A stretch of DNA of 64,000 bases from a virus. A model generated the notes under the pieces. The model did not search any database, was not told the DNA's origin, and saw only the letters and a list, made by a program, of their open reading frames with translations. Below are positions 61,342 to 64,000 of this stretch, in pieces. A program made the position numbers and the translations under genes. Location of the stretch: positions 9,488 through 73,487 of IMG/VR virus record IMGVR_UViG_3300022908_000001. One strand, 5' to 3'. Numbering within the stretch: position 1 is the first letter of the stretch; each line of letters begins with the position of its first letter.

Positions 61342-64000
61342 TTAATGAACGTGTATGACCGGCGGCCCGGGAACCGCCCTGCTTGGTGGATTTCTCCCAA
61401 ACAACACCCTCAACTGAAAAGTAGCATGACCCGTACCAATACCATTCACACCTGAAACGGTATATGTTCTGTACCCGCTCGTAACATTCGGAGTACCGGT
61501 AATTCGACCCGTACTTGAACTTATCGACAAACCCGAAGGCAGTGCAGGCGAAATTGACCACGTAACCACATTACCACCAGTTGAAGTCGGTACAATCGGA
61601 ACAATAGCCCGATGCAAAAATTCAGTGTTTGGCGATGGGTAAGTGAACGCAGGCATAATGTCCGCAATGGTTATTGTTACTGTAGCCGTATCAGCGCCGC
61701 TCACGTTGCTTCCAATGATACTGTAGGTAGTTGCACTATGTATTGCTCCCGGGGTGCCCGTAATCGCAGCTGTAGTCGTATTAAAGGATAACGAAGCGGG
61801 CAGGCTAGGGCTGATAGAATACGCCGAGGTGACTGCACCGCCGCTGTTGGCGATGTTGATAGTCGGGATAGCTGTGCCGACCGGGAAAGTGTACGTGCTT
61901 GGTGAGTAGGACAGGTTCGGTTTGACTGAATTGACCGTTATTTGAAGCGGAGTTGTAGCCGTACCTGCTGCGTTAGTTGCGCTGACCGTATAGGTAGTTG
62001 ACGCTTGTTGAACGGTCGGTACGCCGGTGATGTTGCCATTTGTGCTGTTAAAGGCGAGTCCCGGGCTTAGTGTTGGTGATATTCCCCATGAGGTAGCGAC
62101 CCCGCCTATATTTGTCGGGCTGATTGTTCCGGCTGAAACACCTACTGTTAGCGTGTAGCTGTTTGGGCTGTATGATGGGATGGGTAGGGTTACCACCGCC
62201 CCTGCCTGTATCAAAAACTTCCCTGTGTACGCACTCAAACTCAACGTCCCCGCCGCATAACTATTCCCGGCTAAGTCGGTGTAGGGAGAGGGGAGGGTAA
62301 GAGATGTTTGGGTTGGGTTGGTGCCAAATTGGGTGGCGGGTATGACGTTGGTGAAAGTCGAGCCTGCATCTTGATGACTACCCCCTTGCCATTGTGCTAA
62401 ATTCCAAATCTTAGTGCCTATTGTTCCCGGAAATATAGATACCTTAAACCCACTAAGTATGCCCGATGTAGTTGCGTACAAGTTATTGGCAGCCGTACCG
62501 AATAAAGTCAAATCAGTGTCGGATGAATTTGAAGCCAATGACGTCAGTTGTAGATTAAGCTGACCCGGTTGAGTTGTTATGATCTGGTTGGTATTAATAA
62601 CCATTCCCCGTATAAGTCCCGGTACAAATACCCCGTCATGAGCTAATTGGATGCCTATAGGGCAGTTTATTATCAAGTTCCCTAAGTCCGATATGCGCTG
62701 ACTGTTGTGGTTGTATATACCAGCCTGCGGACAATTTGAAATAACGTTGCCACTTAACGTCATATCCACCGAGGCATCATCGGTATAAATTCCCGGAGCA
62801 AGCGACTTGCCATCAACCGTTCCGGCAGGTGCGCCAACCCCGTCTGCTATAATATTATTCAGCACATAAATCTGTCCTTGCGCCGCAAGTGTTGAACCGC
62901 CATGATGATAGATGCCCGACGCTCCGTCATCCATTACTGAACTACCTAATCGGATGTAGTTATTCTGAACCGTAGCAAGTTGACCGTTTACATGAATAGG
63001 ATTGTATCCTGTGCTGGTAATGATATTGTTATTGACGGTTCCATTCTGTGATGACCCAACAACAGTAATACCCTCGTATGAACCCTGACCGCCAGATGAT
63101 TGGTCAATGTTTTGCCCGAGTCCCGGAATGATACCAATATTGGTCAATGTGTTTCCATTGATGACATAGTTAGTCGCATTCTGAACTGTGATGGCTGTGT
63201 TGTTATTATGGTCGAAAGTGTTTGTTGACCACCTCATATTAGATAAGGCGAAACCCAATATACCTGTCTGCCCCTGATTAACAATAGGGCAACCCGTAAT
63301 AGTTGAATTGGCTACACTAAGTACCCGTATAGCCGCTTGGTTTTGTCCCTCAAACCGAATATTATTGAAAGTCACATTTGCTGCGCTAACTGTTGCGCCG
63401 ATCTGCGTGTTGCTTGCTCTGATAGTGTGATTTGTAGGTAAGTCCCCGCCAGTAAACAGCATATAAACCGTATGTAACGAGGGATTATAATACCAGTCAA
63501 GATTGCTCGTGCAAAATTCTTTTGCATTTTGAAGGAAAAAACCTGCCCCTTGTGAACGGTCAGTTGTGCCGCCGCCCCCTGTGTAAGAAATAGTTTTACC
63601 CGATACACCGGATATTACATACCAGTCCAAAACATAGTGGTTCTTGCGTATGCCTATTTGAGCGAAATTTCCAGTCCATGTTGGTAAGGTTGTCACGGCT
63701 GTTATGGATGTATTGCCGGAGTAAGAATTGTACGTTAAGTATGAGGCTTTAGGATACCGGGCAACAGGGTCTTGTGAACCATCTACGGTTACCATCATTT
63801 CAAATGCAGGTAATGACAAATCTTGTTTGCTGTACCATCCACCTCCCAAATTAGTCCACCCTGTCAATGTTTTCAATCCTGTTATGGTTGCCGGACTGCC
63901 TGCGCCATAGGTATTGTAAAGGTCATTAGCTTTTGGGTTTAATACCCCGACAAACTCTTGGTTTGCGGCGAAATGCTTGGAACCAGAAAGTGTATTCGCT
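61342..64000 (-). CDS. Right-handed beta-helix protein with C-terminal putative Ig repeats (tail spike/receptor-binding); 5' end beyond the window
   Basis: Frame is open to 64000. Asn/Gly/Ile parallel beta-helix repeats, then three ISPxLPxGLxFNxTxGxITGTP...YTVSATN repeats. Confidence 0.8.
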   Translation of the reverse strand, partial: ANTLSGSKHFAANQEFVGVLNPKANDLYNTYGAGSPATITGLKTLTGWTNLGGGWYSKQDLSLPAFEMMVTVDGSQDPVARYPKASYLTYNSYSGNTSITAVTTLPTWTGNFAQIGIRKNHYVLDWYVISGVSGKTISYTGGGGTTDRSQGAGFFLQNAKEFCTSNLDWYYNPSLHTVYMLFTGGDLPTNHTIRASNTQIGATVSAANVTFNNIRFEGQNQAAIRVLSVANSTITGCPIVNQGQTGILGFALSNMRWSTNTFDHNNNTAITVQNATNYVINGNTLTNIGIIPGLGQNIDQSSGGQGSYEGITVVGSSQNGTVNNNIITSTGYNPIHVNGQLATVQNNYIRLGSSVMDDGASGIYHHGGSTLAAQGQIYVLNNIIADGVGAPAGTVDGKSLAPGIYTDDASVDMTLSGNVISNCPQAGIYNHNSQRISDLGNLIINCPIGIQLAHDGVFVPGLIRGMVINTNQIITTQPGQLNLQLTSLASNSSDTDLTLFGTAANNLYATTSGILSGFKVSIFPGTIGTKIWNLAQWQGGSHQDAGSTFTNVIPATQFGTNPTQTSLTLPSPYTDLAGNSYAAGTLSLSAYTGKFLIQAGAVVTLPIPSYSPNSYTLTVGVSAGTISPTNIGGVATSWGISPTLSPGLAFNSTNGNITGVPTVQQASTTYTVSATNAAGTATTPLQITVNSVKPNLSYSPSTYTFPVGTAIPTINIANSGGAVTSAYSISPSLPASLSFNTTTAAITGTPGAIHSATTYSIIGSNVSGADTATVTITIADIMPAFTYPSPNTEFLHRAIVPIVPTSTGGNVVTWSISPALPSGLSISSSTGRITGTPNVTSGYRTYTVSGVNGIGTGHATFQLRVLFGRNPPSRAVPGPPVIHVH

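Noticed and set aside
1-64000. Genome-wide TAG or TGA recoding as in some crAss-like phages
   Set aside because: Long genes are open in the standard code, TAG is used as a real stop (4957, 55411), only one internal TAG was found, and no CUA suppressor tRNA is visible.
1-64000. Diversity-generating retroelement or retron
   Set aside because: No reverse transcriptase motif (YxDD in RT context) and no template/variable repeat pair noticed.

Overview
The whole window reads as one dsDNA bacteriophage genome infecting a Bacteroidota host. It is probably circularly permuted: minus-strand tail-type genes run off both ends. The host assignment rests on Bacteroidota-type TTTG-N19-21-TAnnTTTG/A promoters and a host-like DnaB. 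1-29.2 kb (minus) is a podovirus-type virion module resembling crAss-like/Pachyviridae phages: ejection proteins, tail stabiliser, ring proteins, major capsid, scaffold, portal, terminase and GroES-like chaperonins. It is interrupted by three homing-endonuclease genes, two of them broken. 30.9-35.5 kb is a glycosyltransferase/methyltransferase cluster. 37.4-41.3 kb and 51.0-59.7 kb are two rightward early regions of small genes joined by a recurring junction motif; the second contains a solo tnpB. 41.6-50.9 kb (minus) is a lambdoid-style replication/recombination module (initiator with iterons, DnaB, SSB, YqaJ exonuclease, annealing protein). 59.8-64 kb holds a holin-like gene and a beta-helix/Ig tail protein. 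The least explained layer is non-coding: four different structured-RNA motifs each occur twice, far apart, with conserved geometry (and, for three of them, changed stem sequences). They are expanded tRNA-like RNAs, kissing-loop leaders, bulged hairpins in both early regions, and an ATTGTGATAAGGTTT/GATACGC hairpin RNA. All protein calls come from motifs and gene context read by eye; no database search was run.
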